From Azolla caroliniana (Eukaryota > Plantae > Polypodiophyta), in NCBI GenBank assembly GCA_043228905.1, contig JBHGNT010000018.1, forward strand, positions 10,664,001 through 10,728,000: DNA of 64,000 bases, written 5' to 3'. The notes under the pieces are model-generated. The model did no database searches, was not told the DNA's origin, and saw nothing but the letters and a program-made list of their open reading frames with translations. Shown in pieces: positions 1 to 11,788 of this stretch (positions within the stretch are counted from its first letter, which is position 1; each line of letters opens with the position of its first letter). The position numbers were made by a program, and so were the translations under genes.

Positions 1-53
1 TTCTTTCTACCTCCTACTATGCTACGATTTGACTTATTATTATGCATCGGGCC

Positions 54-222
54 GAGCGTGTTTGCACTAATCGCACACGCTCAACTCATGGCCTTTTGCA
101 TATTGCGATATATATCCCACTCTCTCCTCTCTTGAACTCTTACGATAATAATTATTCTTGTGAATTTGGTCGAGCGTGTTTGCTCTAATCGCACACGCTT
201 ATCTCATGGCCGTTTTGCATAT
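54..222. repeat. Two diverged ~118-bp direct repeats, each with a GAGCGTGT...ACACGCT hairpin; second unit interrupted by the Copia insertion at 223
   Basis: gagcgtgtttgcactaatcgcacacgctc at 54-82 recurs at 172-200; the following sequence (catggcc..ttttgcatat) is also repeated. Confidence 0.7.
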
Positions 223-905
223 TGTCAGGAATTGGCGCTTTCAAAACCTTTACCTCTCGGCCACAACCGAGGAAACACGCAGTGATCGATGCAGCAGAAA
301 ATCGAAAACACAGAGAGAGACTCGAATGCACAGGATTTAGCGTGGAAAACCCTAGACGGGAAAAACCACGGGAGTGCAAGACTCCAACTATCACTATACG
401 CAAGATATGTACAATGGCGTGCTGCAAGGCGACGACCTTGAGCTCGCTGTCCTCGCCACAGGCGGCGGTATTACACAGAGGCGTCGACCTCTTCCTTTCT
501 CTCTATCTCTCTCACTCTCTCTCTCTGCTACTCTCACTTCACTCCCTCTGAGTGGAAAACAAAAATTGAGCAACAACATAAAACTGTTTGCCCTAAGTCA
601 TATTTATACACATATGACTTTCGGGCTATTTACAAATATAGCCTCAAGGGCCCTTGGCAAACATATTCACAAATATGTCCCCGCATCCGGATCTCTCTCC
701 GGGTACATTCGTCATCCGGCTCCGTAACCGGGGTCATCATCATCCGGATCCGAAACCGGGTCTTCATCATCCGGCTCCGTAGCCGGGGTCTTCATCATCC
801 GGATCCGAACCCGGGTCTTCATCATCCGGCTCCGTAGCCGGGGTCTTCATCATCCGGATTCCCGGACATCCGACCATCCCATCCGGAGGGACCGTAATCC
901 CAACA
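223..905 (-). repeat. 3' LTR of C1 (683 bp; five alternating 28/27-bp U3 units at 713-850)
   Basis: Matches 5021-5758 with about 5 substitutions and one 55-bp indel. Confidence 0.95.
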
Positions 906-915
906 AACTCCCCCT

Positions 916-3900
916 TCACTTCGGCATGGGATGTCTTTCCAGACCGACCCTCTTCCGGCACGCTTCCAGCTTGTCGGGTGTGAGCACTTTGGTCAGCATA
1001 TCTGACCCGTTCTCGTCCGTGTGGATCTTCGTCAGCACGAACTCCTGGTCTTCTATCCTTTCCCGGATCCAGTGATATCTTCGCTGGATGTGCTTCGTCC
1101 GGGAGTGATAGGCCGCGTTCTTCGCAAGGTGGATGGCACTCTGACTGTCGCAGTAGAGTCGGTACTCCTCCTGCCGGATACCGAGCTCTCTAATAAAGTC
1201 CTTCATCCATATTATTTCCTTGCCGGCTTCAACAGCCGCCATGTACTCCGCCTCCGTGGTTGACAACGCAACCGTCTTCTGCAGCCTCGACTGCCACGAA
1301 ACAGCTCCCCCTGCATACGTCATCACATACCCTGATGTGGACCGGCTGGTATCTGTATCAGCCGACATATCCGAATCGGTAAAGCCGTCGAGTTCGGGCT
1401 TACCGGAGCCGAATCGGAGGCATATGTTTGCCGTGCCCTTCAGGTATCGGAGTATCCACTTGGCCGCGTTCCAGTGCTCTTTGCCGGGATTGCTCATGTA
1501 CCGGCTCACCACTCCGACTGCATATCCTATGTCTGGTCTTGTACACACCATTGCGTACATCAAGCTTCCGACGGCAGAGGCATATGGTACTTTCATCATG
1601 TCCTCCTTCTCAGCCTTTGTCTTGGGGCTTTGCTTGCTGGACAACTTGCAGTTTGCCGGGAGGGTTGACCCGACCGGTCTTGCTTCCGACATGTTGAACC
1701 GGTGAAGCACCTTTGTCACGTACTTCTCCTGTGACAGCCACAACTGCTTCTTCTTCCGGTCCCGGATGATGTGCATCCCTAGTATTTGCCTCGCCGGACC
1801 CAGGTCCTTCATTGAGAAGGTTCGGTGAAGCGCTTTCTTCAGCATCCGTATCTTGACCTGGTCCCGTCCGACGATCAACATGTCGTCCACGTACAGGAGG
1901 AGTATTAGAAAGTCTCCTCCTTCGAACTTCTTCACAAACACGCAGTGATCGGACTGCGTTTTGTGGTACCCTTCGTCGGTCATGAAAGAGTCGAACTTTC
2001 GGTACCATTGCCGGGGAGCCTGCTTCAGTCCGTAAAGGCTCTTCTTCAACCGGCATACCAGGTGCTCCTTCCCTTTCTTCTCGAATCCTTCCGGTTGCTG
2101 CATGTAGATCTCTTCTTCGAGGTCACCGTGAAGGAATGTCGTCTTCACGTCCATCTGTTCTACCTCGAGGTCCATGCTTGCCGCTATGCTCAGCACCGTC
2201 CGGATGGAGGTCATCTTCACTACCGGGGCAAATATCTCGTCGAAGTCGACGCCCTTCTTCTGCTGGAACCCCTTTACCACGATCCTGGCTTTGTATCTCG
2301 GGGGTTTTCCGGCATCTCCCGGTTTCAGCTTGAACACCCACTTGTTTCGAAGTGCCCGCTTTCCTTTCGGCAACTCCACAAGTTCATATGTGTGGTTCTC
2401 ATGCAGGGAATCCATCTCCTCCTGCATGGCACTTAACCACCTGCGGCTATGGGTGTCAAACTTTGCTTCTTCAAAACTCTCCGGCTCCCCTTCGTCGGTT
2501 AGCAGCACGTGCTCTGGTTCCGGGAATCTCCGGGGGGCCCTTCTCTCTCTTAGAGGATATCTCCGTTCCGGAGCTTCGGTAACCGGCTCCTCCGTTTCCT
2601 CTTCATCCGAATCCATTTCGGGATCGGGGTCGGTTCCGGTATCAGTTTCATCTTCCTCGGCCGGTTCTGTTTCTTCACCGTCTTCGGCCGGATCCTCGAG
2701 TGCTAACCGGTCCTTTGCCGGTCGGGACTGCTCCTCGTAGAGTTGATCCTCACCGGTCGACTTAGAGCTCTTCATCTTCTTCTCCGACTCCCAGTCGGCG
2801 AGTGTCTTGTCCTCCATGAAGATGATATCACGACTCCGGAATATCTTTTTGTCGACCGGGTCCCATACTCGGTAGCCGAACTCGTCATCGCCGTAACCGA
2901 GGAATATGCATGGCCGGGTCTTTGGATCTAGCTTTCCTCTCCGGTCCTTTGCCACATGCACATATGCGAGACACCCGAACACCTTCAGATGCCGGTAGGA
3001 TACTTCCCTACCGGTCCACACTCTCTGCGGCGTGTCTCCGTCCAAAGGTACTGAGGGTGATCTGTTTATCACGTATGTCGCCGTCGACATTGCCTCAGCC
3101 CAAAACCCCTTGGGTAATTTCGCATGCGCCAGCATACTCCGGACCCTCTCCATTATGGTCCGGTTCATCCTCTCGGCCAGCCCGTTCAGATTCGGCGTCT
3201 TCGGCACAGTAAACTCGAGCCGGATTCCCTTCGAGCGACAATACTCCTGGAACTGCCCTCGGTATTCTCCTCCGTTATCCGCTCGTATCGCTTTCAGCTT
3301 CTTGCCGGATTCCCTTTCCACTCTCGCGTGGAGTTCTTTGAAGACGCACAACACTTGGTCCTTTGTCTTCAACGGTGCCGTCCACAGCTTCCGGCTGTGG
3401 TCATCAATGAATGTCACGAAGTACTGGGCTCCGCCATGTGACTTCGTTTCTACTTGACACACGTCAGTGTGCACCAACTCCAATGGTGCGCTACGTCTCG
3501 TCGGTGGCCTTGAGTGGAAGGAGGTTCGGTTCTGCTTACCGGCCAGGCAATCGGTGCACTTCTCCAGGTGCACATGCTTCACTGGAATAAGGTTGTCTTC
3601 TGCAAGCCTCTTCATCCCCTTCTCACTCATGTGGCACAGTCTCTTGTGCCACAGCTCACCGGCAGTGTCGGCTGCCACGTTCAACTCCTCCGGACACAAC
3701 CATGCATTCATAAGGTACAGTGTGTTGACCTTCCGGGCCCGAGCCACTATCAGGCTCCCCTTGCTGAACTTCATTACGCCGTTCCGGATGCTACCTGTGT
3801 AGCCTTCATCGTCTAGCCTCCCGGCTGAAATCAGGTTCAATCGAACCTCCGGAACGTGTCGGACATCCTTCAGCAACATTTTGCATCCGGTCGAGGTTGT

Positions 3901-4989
3901 CAACCACACGTCTCCTATGCCGGCAATCCGGCACGTACCTTCATTTCCCATCCGAACACAGCCATGCTCACCGGCTGTGTAGGATGAGAAGTATCTTCTT
4001 TCCGGGGTCAGGTGGAACGACGCTCCGGAATCGACCACCCAGGTAGTCTCATCGCCGGCAATGTTTAGTTCACCTTCTTCGGTGATGAGCATGATCTCCT
4101 CTTCACTTGCCGCGAGTGCCGTCGTTCCTTTCCGGTCCTGCTCTCGCCGATCCGAACCATTCCGGTCCGTGGCTCCCCGGTAAGCACCGCTCCGTTCCGA
4201 AAACTTCTTCGAATTGGTGTCGTCGGCTCCGTTGTCTTTTCAGTAATGCCGACAATTTTTCAGAAAGTGCCCCGGCTTCCCACAGTGGAAGCATGTGGGC
4301 CTTCCTCTTGACTGCGACCGGGTCCCCGACTTCTCCCGTCTTTGCGGACTCCGGTTCCGTTGTCTTCCCCGATCCGATTCGGTAAGCAGCATTTTCGGAT
4401 CGGAGGCCGGTTCTTTATCTCTCCTACGCGCTTCTTCGTTCAAAATGCTTGTCTTTACCGTTTGTAGGGACAAGTTATCTTCGGTGCAGGAGGTGCTGAG
4501 AGTCACCACCAAGTTCTCCCAGCTTTCCGGCAATGTACACATCAGGATGATGGCTTGCATTGCATCCTCCAACGGGAACTTGATCGCCGCAAGCTGGTTC
4601 ACGAATCCCATGAACGTGCTTACGTGTTCCACCATACTCTCGCCGTCCCGGTACTTGAGGTTCACTATCTTCCTCATCAGGGAGGTCCGGTTCAACGCAT
4701 TCTTCCTCTCGTAGAGGCCCGACAGCTTCTGCCACATCTCATATGCGTTGGTGTCGTTCGCCACATGTTGTAGAACGCTCACGTCGACGTATTGCCGAAT
4801 GGTTGCAACGGCTTTCCGGTTCAGAAGCCTCCATTCCGTCTCAAGTACCCCCTTGGGTATTTCCGACCTGTCGATCGGTTCATACAGGTCCCGAACAATG
4901 AGCAGATCCTCCATCTTTATCTTCCAGTCGGCGTAGTTCTGCGCATTCAGCACCATCATCACCGGTTGCCCGCTGCTGCCACCTTCCAT
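916..4989 (-). pseudogene. C1 gag-pol polyprotein frame with one in-frame TGA at 4242-4240
   Basis: CFHCGKPGH zinc knuckle, WVVDSGAS protease, LWHKRLCH and HTDVC integrase, YVDDML RT, FTDSD/CDSQSA RNase H. ORFs 4998-4240 and 4092-916 are in the same frame; sister copy C2 has CGA at the stop. Confidence 0.93.
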
Positions 4990-5020
4990 TTTCTGCACTG
5001 CAATTGCTCTAATACCAGAT

Positions 5021-5758
5021 TGTTAGGAATTGGCGCTTTCAAAACCTTTACCTCTCGGCCACAACCGAGGAAACACGCAGTGATCGATGCAGCAGAAAAT
5101 CGAAAACACAGAGAGAGACTCGAATGCACAGGATTTAGCGTGGAAAACCCTAGACGGGAAAAACCACGGGAGTGCAAGACTCCAACTATCACTATACGCA
5201 AGATATGTACAATGGCGTGCTGCAAGGCGACGACCTTGAGCTCGCTGTCCTCGCCACAGGCGGCGGTATTACACAGAGGCGTCGACCTCTTCCTTTCTCT
5301 CTATCTCTCTCACTCTCTCTCTCTGCTACTCTCACTTCACTCCCTCTAAGTGGAAAACAAAAATTGAGCAACAACATAAAACTGTTTGCCCTAAGTCATA
5401 TTTATACACATATGACTTTCGGGCTATTTACAAATATAGCCTCAAGGGCCCCTGGCAAACATATTCACAAATATGTCCCCGCATCCGGATCTCTCTCCGG
5501 GTACATTCGTCATCCGGCTCCGTAGCCGGGGTCATCATCATCCGGATCCGAAACCGGGTCTTCATCATCCGGCTCCGTAGCCGGGGTCTTCATCATCCGG
5601 ATCCGAACCCGGGTCTTCATCATCCGGCTCCGTAGCCGGGGTCTTCATCATCCGGATCCGAACCCGGGTCTTCATCATCCGGCTCTGTAGCCGGGGTCTT
5701 CATCATCCGGATTCCCGGACATCCGACCATCCCATCCGGAGGGACCGTAATCCCAACA
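5021..5758 (-). repeat. 5' LTR of C1 (738 bp; seven 28/27-bp units at 5511-5703)
   Basis: Adjacent to the tRNA-iMet-type PBS; direct repeat of 223-905. Confidence 0.95.
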
Positions 5759-5776
5759 CATATAATGTTGAGTATA

Positions 5777-6105
5777 CCACTCTTCCCCTCTATTGAGCCA
5801 TCACTTGGCCGATTCTAAGGGATGATGTGGCCTTGACGAGGTGTATGTTGCCTACCTATGCCACTCTACTCTCTATTAAGCCATCAATTGGCCGATTCTA
5901 TGGGATGTTGTGGCCTTGACAAGGTATATGTAGCTTACATATGCCACTTTCCTTTTTAATTAGCCATCAATTGGCCGATTCTAAGGGATGATGTGGCCTT
6001 GACGAGGTATATGTCACTTACCTATGCCACTTTCCTCTTTAATTAGCCATTACTTGGCCGATTCTAGGGATATGTGGTGGTCTTGAGGAGGTGCATGTCA
6101 ACTAC
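5777..6105. repeat. Tandem array of four ~83-bp units, probably in the 5' non-coding region of Gypsy G0
   Basis: gccatca.ttggccgattcta.gggatg.tgtggccttgac.aggt.tatg recurs with starts near 5777, 5861, 5944 and 6026. Confidence 0.85.
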
Positions 6106-7091
6106 CCTAGGGTTTCGTATCTTAGGGCATGTTTGATTCCATACACCTAATTGTTGATTATTCTAATTAAATTTTAATTTCATAAGTATTGTTTCACTTA
6201 TATGATTTTCTAGTAATTATTATTTACCCGCCCACAATTAACTATCCTTTTTCCACTTCCTTTTCATGTATAAAGTATTTACATCGTTTATTTTTAATGT
6301 AACCTTTACGTGTAGACTATTTTTTTTCGTATGGAGTGGCTTGTTGAACGATTTTTTTTCAACGGGTCATCTAGGTTTAACTCTTATCATCAAGCCTTAG
6401 AAAACGAGTAAAACCATATGAGTTCCCTTATTGATGTTTTACTCATGGATTTGAGTATTACATCTTTGCGCACAACACCGTCATCACTTGTATCAATTTG
6501 TGGCTTATGTCACAATTGTGCAAGTTATAACAATCATATTGGGATGTATATGTGCATACCTTGCACTTCCCATTTATTTGTGACATTGTTTTTTTCGTAG
6601 GTAACACATGGGTTCTTTTTTTTACCCTTGTTTTCGTCACTACTTAACTCTTATGAGTAGTGCCTTATTTTATCATTTTATCATCACGTTTGCTTATTGC
6701 TCGCAAGACTAGAATATTACTTGTGAGTGCACTTGTTTTTTCACGTAATACACTTTCTCGACCATATAATACATGATGGCTTGGCATTAATATAAGGCTA
6801 TCTAGGAAATTTCATTGATGTAAGAACCATGGTTGAGCCTTGGGGAGCCGCCATGATTACTCAAGATAGAGATCCGAGAAATACATCTTAGCTATGTTTT
6901 CCCCCATGGTTTTTAAAACACCATAGTGTTACCATAGTTATCGGATCTCGAATCACATCTCATATGTCTAGAGGGGTAAAGACATGAGATACTTTCTTGG
7001 ATAAAGTTCTTTCAATCAAAATTTCAAGCATTCATTTTGCTTGTGTATTTTCTGAACCTCCTTATTTTATTGCATACCCACAGCGTGCATC

Positions 7092-8039
7092 ATGGAACAA
7101 GTTTTGAACGCAGTTGGAACGATCTCTCCAAATGAGACCTCTCAACCCCAATCCGCATCTCGCACACAAGCTGAGATCACTATTGAGCAATTGCTCACTA
7201 CTACCTTGAATCAATTGGCCGAAATGAGACAGGCCAATATGGCATTGGAAAAGAAATTCCAAGAATTAACTCTTGAGTCCAAGAAAGAAGATGAACCTTC
7301 CTTCGTAGTCACGCCTTTCAAGGGAGATAAGAAAGAAAGAACCGAGGAGGCCATTAGCACTTGGCTTGGTCGTTGGGAGTCTCACTTTGAGCTTCATCCC
7401 AAGCCCGATGCAGTAAAAATTGGTTATGTCGGTCGTGAGTTAGGTGGCCGAGCTGCTGCTTGGTGGCGTGGCCTAAGGACCGCAAAAAACTTACCCACAA
7501 CTTGGGAAGGTTTCGTTGATGTTTTTAAGAAACAATTCTTGCAGTCACCTTCTCAAACCGAACAAGCGCAACACTTGCTCACATTGTCTAGTAAGCCATT
7601 TACCTCTCTCGAGGATTATGTGCATCACGCTCGGACCCAGATCCAAAAATCGGGACTTACGGGTGAGAAATGGTTTGTCGCTTGTTTTTTGAATGGTATT
7701 CCCAATGGGGATTATCATTGGATTGTCCATGACAAGGACCCCACAACTTTCGAGGAAGCCGTCAACATTGTGCTGCGATACCATAGGACTTCCAAGAAAG
7801 ACCACAATAAACCTGAGTTCGCCAAAACTCCGAATGTCAAGTTCATTGGGAAACGTAAGCAATCCAGTGACACTCTTGACCGCGACTCAAAGAAACCGAA
7901 CCTCTTCTGTGCATATTGCAAGAAGCGGGGCCACACAAAGGATACCTGTCGTCGTCTTGAGAGGAAGTCAATGAACACCCCTCCTCAAGACAAAACTACG
8001 AGTCACACAGCAAATGGAGCTCCACATAAACGCAAGTGA
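7092..8039 (+). CDS. Gag of chromodomain Gypsy element G0
   Basis: Retrotrans_gag-like GRAAAWW...TWEGFVDVFKKQF; CAYCKKRGHTKDTC zinc knuckle. Confidence 0.85.
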   Translation: MEQVLNAVGTISPNETSQPQSASRTQAEITIEQLLTTTLNQLAEMRQANMALEKKFQELTLESKKEDEPSFVVTPFKGDKKERTEEAISTWLGRWESHFELHPKPDAVKIGYVGRELGGRAAAWWRGLRTAKNLPTTWEGFVDVFKKQFLQSPSQTEQAQHLLTLSSKPFTSLEDYVHHARTQIQKSGLTGEKWFVACFLNGIPNGDYHWIVHDKDPTTFEEAVNIVLRYHRTSKKDHNKPEFAKTPNVKFIGKRKQSSDTLDRDSKKPNLFCAYCKKRGHTKDTCRRLERKSMNTPPQDKTTSHTANGAPHKRK

Positions 8040-11000
8040 TCATATCTATCAAGTTCACATGGCAAATGGAAACGTTCAATACAATGGCATTGTTTGTCAA
8101 CTGCCAATTCAAATAGATACTTATTTGGAGAAGCTTGACTTTCATGTTATGAAATTACAATCCGCAGATGTCATTTTAGGATATCCTTGGTTTTTTAATA
8201 AAAACCCTTCTTTGTCCATTGATTGGGTTAATCACTCAATCACATTTGAACTTAATAATTGTAAACATTTTATTCAATGTTCCAAACTTCCTTCTCATTC
8301 ACTTGTGTCTTCTAAATCTTTAAGTGAGTATTCTAGTTCATTAATTTATTCGTGTGTAATTGATCCTGCGGTTCAATTTTATTATTTTAATATTGACGCC
8401 ACACAATTACCACATTTTGAGCAACGATTACTCGACTCTATTTTAGAGGATTTTCAAGATGTGTTTCCTACTGAATTACCGCTTACTTTACCACCTAAAT
8501 GTAATGTGGACCATCAAATTGAACTCATCCCTGGGGCTGCTCCTGTGAGCATTCCACCTTACCGACTTAGTCGATTAGAAGAGGATGAGATCGCTAAACA
8601 ACTTAAGGAATACTTGAGTATGGGCCACAGTAGGTATAGTAAATCACCTTGGGGTGCGCCAGTTCTATTAGTCAAGAAGAAGGAAGGTTCGTGGCGAATG
8701 TGTATCAATTATCGCCGTTTGAATAAAATGACAATTAAGAATGCATATCCATTACCTCGTGCCGATGATTTGATTGATCGTTTGCACGGGGCTCGATATT
8801 TTACGAAAATTGACTTACGAACTGGTTATCATCAGATTCGCATCGCCGAGGATGATATTCCTAAAACCGCTTTTCGTACGCGCTATGGCCATTATGAGTT
8901 TTTAGTCATGCCGTTTGGGTTGACTAATGCTCCAGCCACATTCCAACAAGCGATGAATGATGTTTTCCGAGATCAACTCGGTGATTTTGTTGTCGTCTTA
9001 TTGGATGATATTTTGATATATAGCCGTACCTTGCAAGATCATGTTCAACATGTTCGATTTGTTTTGCGAAAGTTGCGTGACAACTCTTTCTATGCAAAAC
9101 ATTCAAAATGTGACTTCTTCCAAAAATCTATTGTGTACCTAGGTCATTTAATTACAGAAAATGGCGTTGAAATTGAACCTTCTCGTATTGAAAAGGTTAA
9201 ACTTTGGCCCATTCCTCGTAATATTCGTGAACTTAGATCATTCTTAGGGTTTGTTGGATTTTTACGAAAATCAATTCGTAACTATTCCAAATTGACTACG
9301 CCATTAACTGACCTTTTAAAAGGTCATCCACGTAAGTCTGTCAAACCAATTTCATGGAATGAACAACATGACAAATCATTTGAGACACTCAAGGAGCATG
9401 TGTGTCAGGCTCCCACTCTTCTATTACCAGACCCTTCTAAGCCTTTCTCAATTGAAACCGATGCTAGTGATTATGCTATTGGTGCCGTTCTTTATCAAGG
9501 TGGTCACCCGATTGCTTTTGAAAGTAAGAAGCTTGATGCTGCTCAATCTCGGTATTCGGTTCAAGAGAAAGAGTTGTTTGCGGTGATACACGCACTTAAA
9601 ACATGGAGGCACTATCTCTATGGAAATAAATTTGTGGTTACAACAGACCATCAGTCATTAAAGTATTTTTCTGACCAGCCCGATCTTGTTGGTCGTAAAG
9701 GCCGTTGGGCTGACCTTATGCAAGATTTTGATTTTTCCATACGATATCGCAAGGGTTCTATGAACACCGTTGCTGATGCTCTTAGTCGCATTAAAGAAGT
9801 TAACATGCTTAGCTTCACGGAAATAAAATCTGATCTTTTAGATCACCTTCGAGGGAAATACCTTGATGACAGTTATTTCTCAAAATACTGGACGAAAGCC
9901 GAATCTGGTTTAGATGCCGATACTAGCACCCTACCCTCGAAGGCGACCTTTCACATTACAAACGGTTTGCTCTACCGTAGTGGAAAGGTCTGTGTTCCAG
10001 ATTTACCAAATGTTAAACAGAAAATTTTTCATGAATGTCATGATGCACCATCTGCTGGTCATCCTGGAATACAACGCACACTCGTTCTCATCTCGTGTAC
10101 TTTTTTCTGGCCTAAGATGCGCTCTGACATGCATAAATACGTAACTCAATGCTTACAATGTCAGATTAATAAGTCGGAACGACTTAAAGCTGCTGGTCTT
10201 TTACATCCCTTAGATATTCCCAACAATAAATGGGAAAGTATCTCGATGGATTTTATTGTTAGTTTACCTCGTACACAGAGGGGTCATGATGCCATATGGG
10301 TTGTCGTTGACAGACTAACAAAATTAGCTAGATTTATTCCTACAAAAACCACGGTAACCGCTCAACAGTTGGCTTATCAATTTGTTGATGAGTTATTTCA
10401 TTTTTATGGATTACCGATGGATATTGTTAGTGATCGAGATTCCAAGTTTACTAGTGACTTTTGGACTCAGGTCTTTAAGAAACTAGAAACTACGTTGAGC
10501 ATGAGTTCCGCAGATCATCCTCAGTCTGATGGACAAACTGAACGAGTTAATCAAATTATTGAGGACATGCTTCGAGCTTATGTAGCAAAAACCCCTTCTA
10601 AATGGGAGCAATACCTTCCTATCTTAGAATTTGCCTATAATAGCTCTAAACATACATCCACTGGATATAGTCCTTTTATGTTGATGTATGGTTTTCCGCC
10701 ACGTGCCCCAGTTGATGTCACGATTCATCGTGATACATTAGACAGTACACGCAATTTTTTGCAAGACATGAACCAAATGTTGCATATTGCCAAAGAAAAT
10801 GTCAAGACAGCTCAAGATCGTGCTCGATTTTATGCTGATCAGGATAGACGTCCTCGTGCATTTACTATTGGTCAAAAAGTTTTTTTGCGTGTCCCGACTG
10901 ATTCTACGTCATTATCTACGGGCAAGTGCGCTAAGTTAGCCCCACGATATTGTGGCCCATTTGAAATCCTTAAGCGAGTTGGGTCATCTGCTTATCACCT

Positions 11001-11307
11001 TGCCTTACCTCGTAACGTTGGTATTCATCCTGTTTTTCACGTCAGTCGTCTAAAACCATTTTTAGGCTCTGGTGATAACACCATCACAATCCAAGATCTT
11101 GTAACATTAGAGGATTTTTCTTACAAACCTCATGTTCCTGAACGAATTCTTGATTCTCGTACTAAACGTTTACGTTCTAAAGAGATTCGGCTATTCAAGA
11201 TCAAATGGATGGATAAACCTATTGATGATGCCACATGGGAACGCGAGCATTCGCTTAAGGCACAATTTCCTCACTTTATATTGCAAAAGTGCAATCTTTT
11301 GAAGTAG
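8014..11307 (+). CDS. Pol of chromovirus G0 (partial PR, RT, RH, INT, chromodomain)
   Basis: DVILGYPW protease C-half, PFGLTNAP and LDDIL RT, ETDAS RNase H, HECH..GH..CLQC and SMDF/SDRD/TERVN integrase, C-terminal PERILD..KIKW..DDATWE chromodomain. Confidence 0.93.
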   Translation: MELHINASDHIYQVHMANGNVQYNGIVCQLPIQIDTYLEKLDFHVMKLQSADVILGYPWFFNKNPSLSIDWVNHSITFELNNCKHFIQCSKLPSHSLVSSKSLSEYSSSLIYSCVIDPAVQFYYFNIDATQLPHFEQRLLDSILEDFQDVFPTELPLTLPPKCNVDHQIELIPGAAPVSIPPYRLSRLEEDEIAKQLKEYLSMGHSRYSKSPWGAPVLLVKKKEGSWRMCINYRRLNKMTIKNAYPLPRADDLIDRLHGARYFTKIDLRTGYHQIRIAEDDIPKTAFRTRYGHYEFLVMPFGLTNAPATFQQAMNDVFRDQLGDFVVVLLDDILIYSRTLQDHVQHVRFVLRKLRDNSFYAKHSKCDFFQKSIVYLGHLITENGVEIEPSRIEKVKLWPIPRNIRELRSFLGFVGFLRKSIRNYSKLTTPLTDLLKGHPRKSVKPISWNEQHDKSFETLKEHVCQAPTLLLPDPSKPFSIETDASDYAIGAVLYQGGHPIAFESKKLDAAQSRYSVQEKELFAVIHALKTWRHYLYGNKFVVTTDHQSLKYFSDQPDLVGRKGRWADLMQDFDFSIRYRKGSMNTVADALSRIKEVNMLSFTEIKSDLLDHLRGKYLDDSYFSKYWTKAESGLDADTSTLPSKATFHITNGLLYRSGKVCVPDLPNVKQKIFHECHDAPSAGHPGIQRTLVLISCTFFWPKMRSDMHKYVTQCLQCQINKSERLKAAGLLHPLDIPNNKWESISMDFIVSLPRTQRGHDAIWVVVDRLTKLARFIPTKTTVTAQQLAYQFVDELFHFYGLPMDIVSDRDSKFTSDFWTQVFKKLETTLSMSSADHPQSDGQTERVNQIIEDMLRAYVAKTPSKWEQYLPILEFAYNSSKHTSTGYSPFMLMYGFPPRAPVDVTIHRDTLDSTRNFLQDMNQMLHIAKENVKTAQDRARFYADQDRRPRAFTIGQKVFLRVPTDSTSLSTGKCAKLAPRYCGPFEILKRVGSSAYHLALPRNVGIHPVFHVSRLKPFLGSGDNTITIQDLVTLEDFSYKPHVPERILDSRTKRLRSKEIRLFKIKWMDKPIDDATWEREHSLKAQFPHFILQKCNLLK

Positions 11308-11314
11308 GGGAGTA

Positions 11315-11788
11315 TGTTATGTACACATAACGTTGGTGAGGGTAGGTCACTAATATTTACATTAGTGAAGGGTATGTTCACTATTATTAAAAAGGGGACT
11401 AATGATTGGATAGAATGAATGATATGTGCATGCACTATCATGATTTAGACAACCAATGAATAGAGAGCCTTTTAGAAAGGCACATCTATTCAAGGGGCCT
11501 AGGAAAAGGTATAAATATGAGGCTTAGCTACCCTCATAGGGACCATCACGTCGGAAGGCTGCTGTCGTAGACACCGGTGGTGCGGGCTAGGCTTTCGTCT
11601 CGACGATCGTGTTTATCTCTTCCAAGGTATTAGTCATCCTAATATCCGGCGGTATGGGACGTCGATGGTAGGTTGGCTATGTCTAGATCATAGCTCGGGG
11701 GTGGTCGGGTGGAACGGGTTCTTCTATCCAATCTATTTTCTTCCTTTTTACTTGATTTGGTCTATTGATTAGTAATAGACTCTTAACA
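11315..11788 (+). repeat. 3' LTR of G0
   Basis: Follows PPT GAAGTAGGGGAG; TGTTA...TAACA inverted ends; internal TATAAATA; Copia sequence starts at 11789. The 5' LTR is not in the window. Confidence 0.8.

Larger units (their letters stand above)
223..5758 (-). mobile_element. Full-length Ty1/Copia LTR retrotransposon C1 (Tnt1/Tto1-like)
   Basis: TG..CA LTRs at 223-905 and 5021-5758; perfect 5-bp TSD CATAT (218-222, 5759-5763); PBS TGGTATTAGAGC (5017-5006); PPT GAAGGGGGAG next to 905; gag-PR-INT-RT-RH order. Confidence 0.97.

Noticed and set aside
4240-4242. Programmed gag/pol stop-codon readthrough in C1
   Set aside because: Sister C2 has CGA here; CpG deamination is the simpler explanation.
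1021-4936. Numerous antisense ORFs over the Copia pol genes (also 52737-57288)
   Set aside because: Shadow ORFs expected from GC-rich coding DNA.
7975-8039. Programmed ribosomal frameshift between G0 gag and pol
   Set aside because: No clear slippery heptamer, and the protease active site is missing, which favours a deletion junction.
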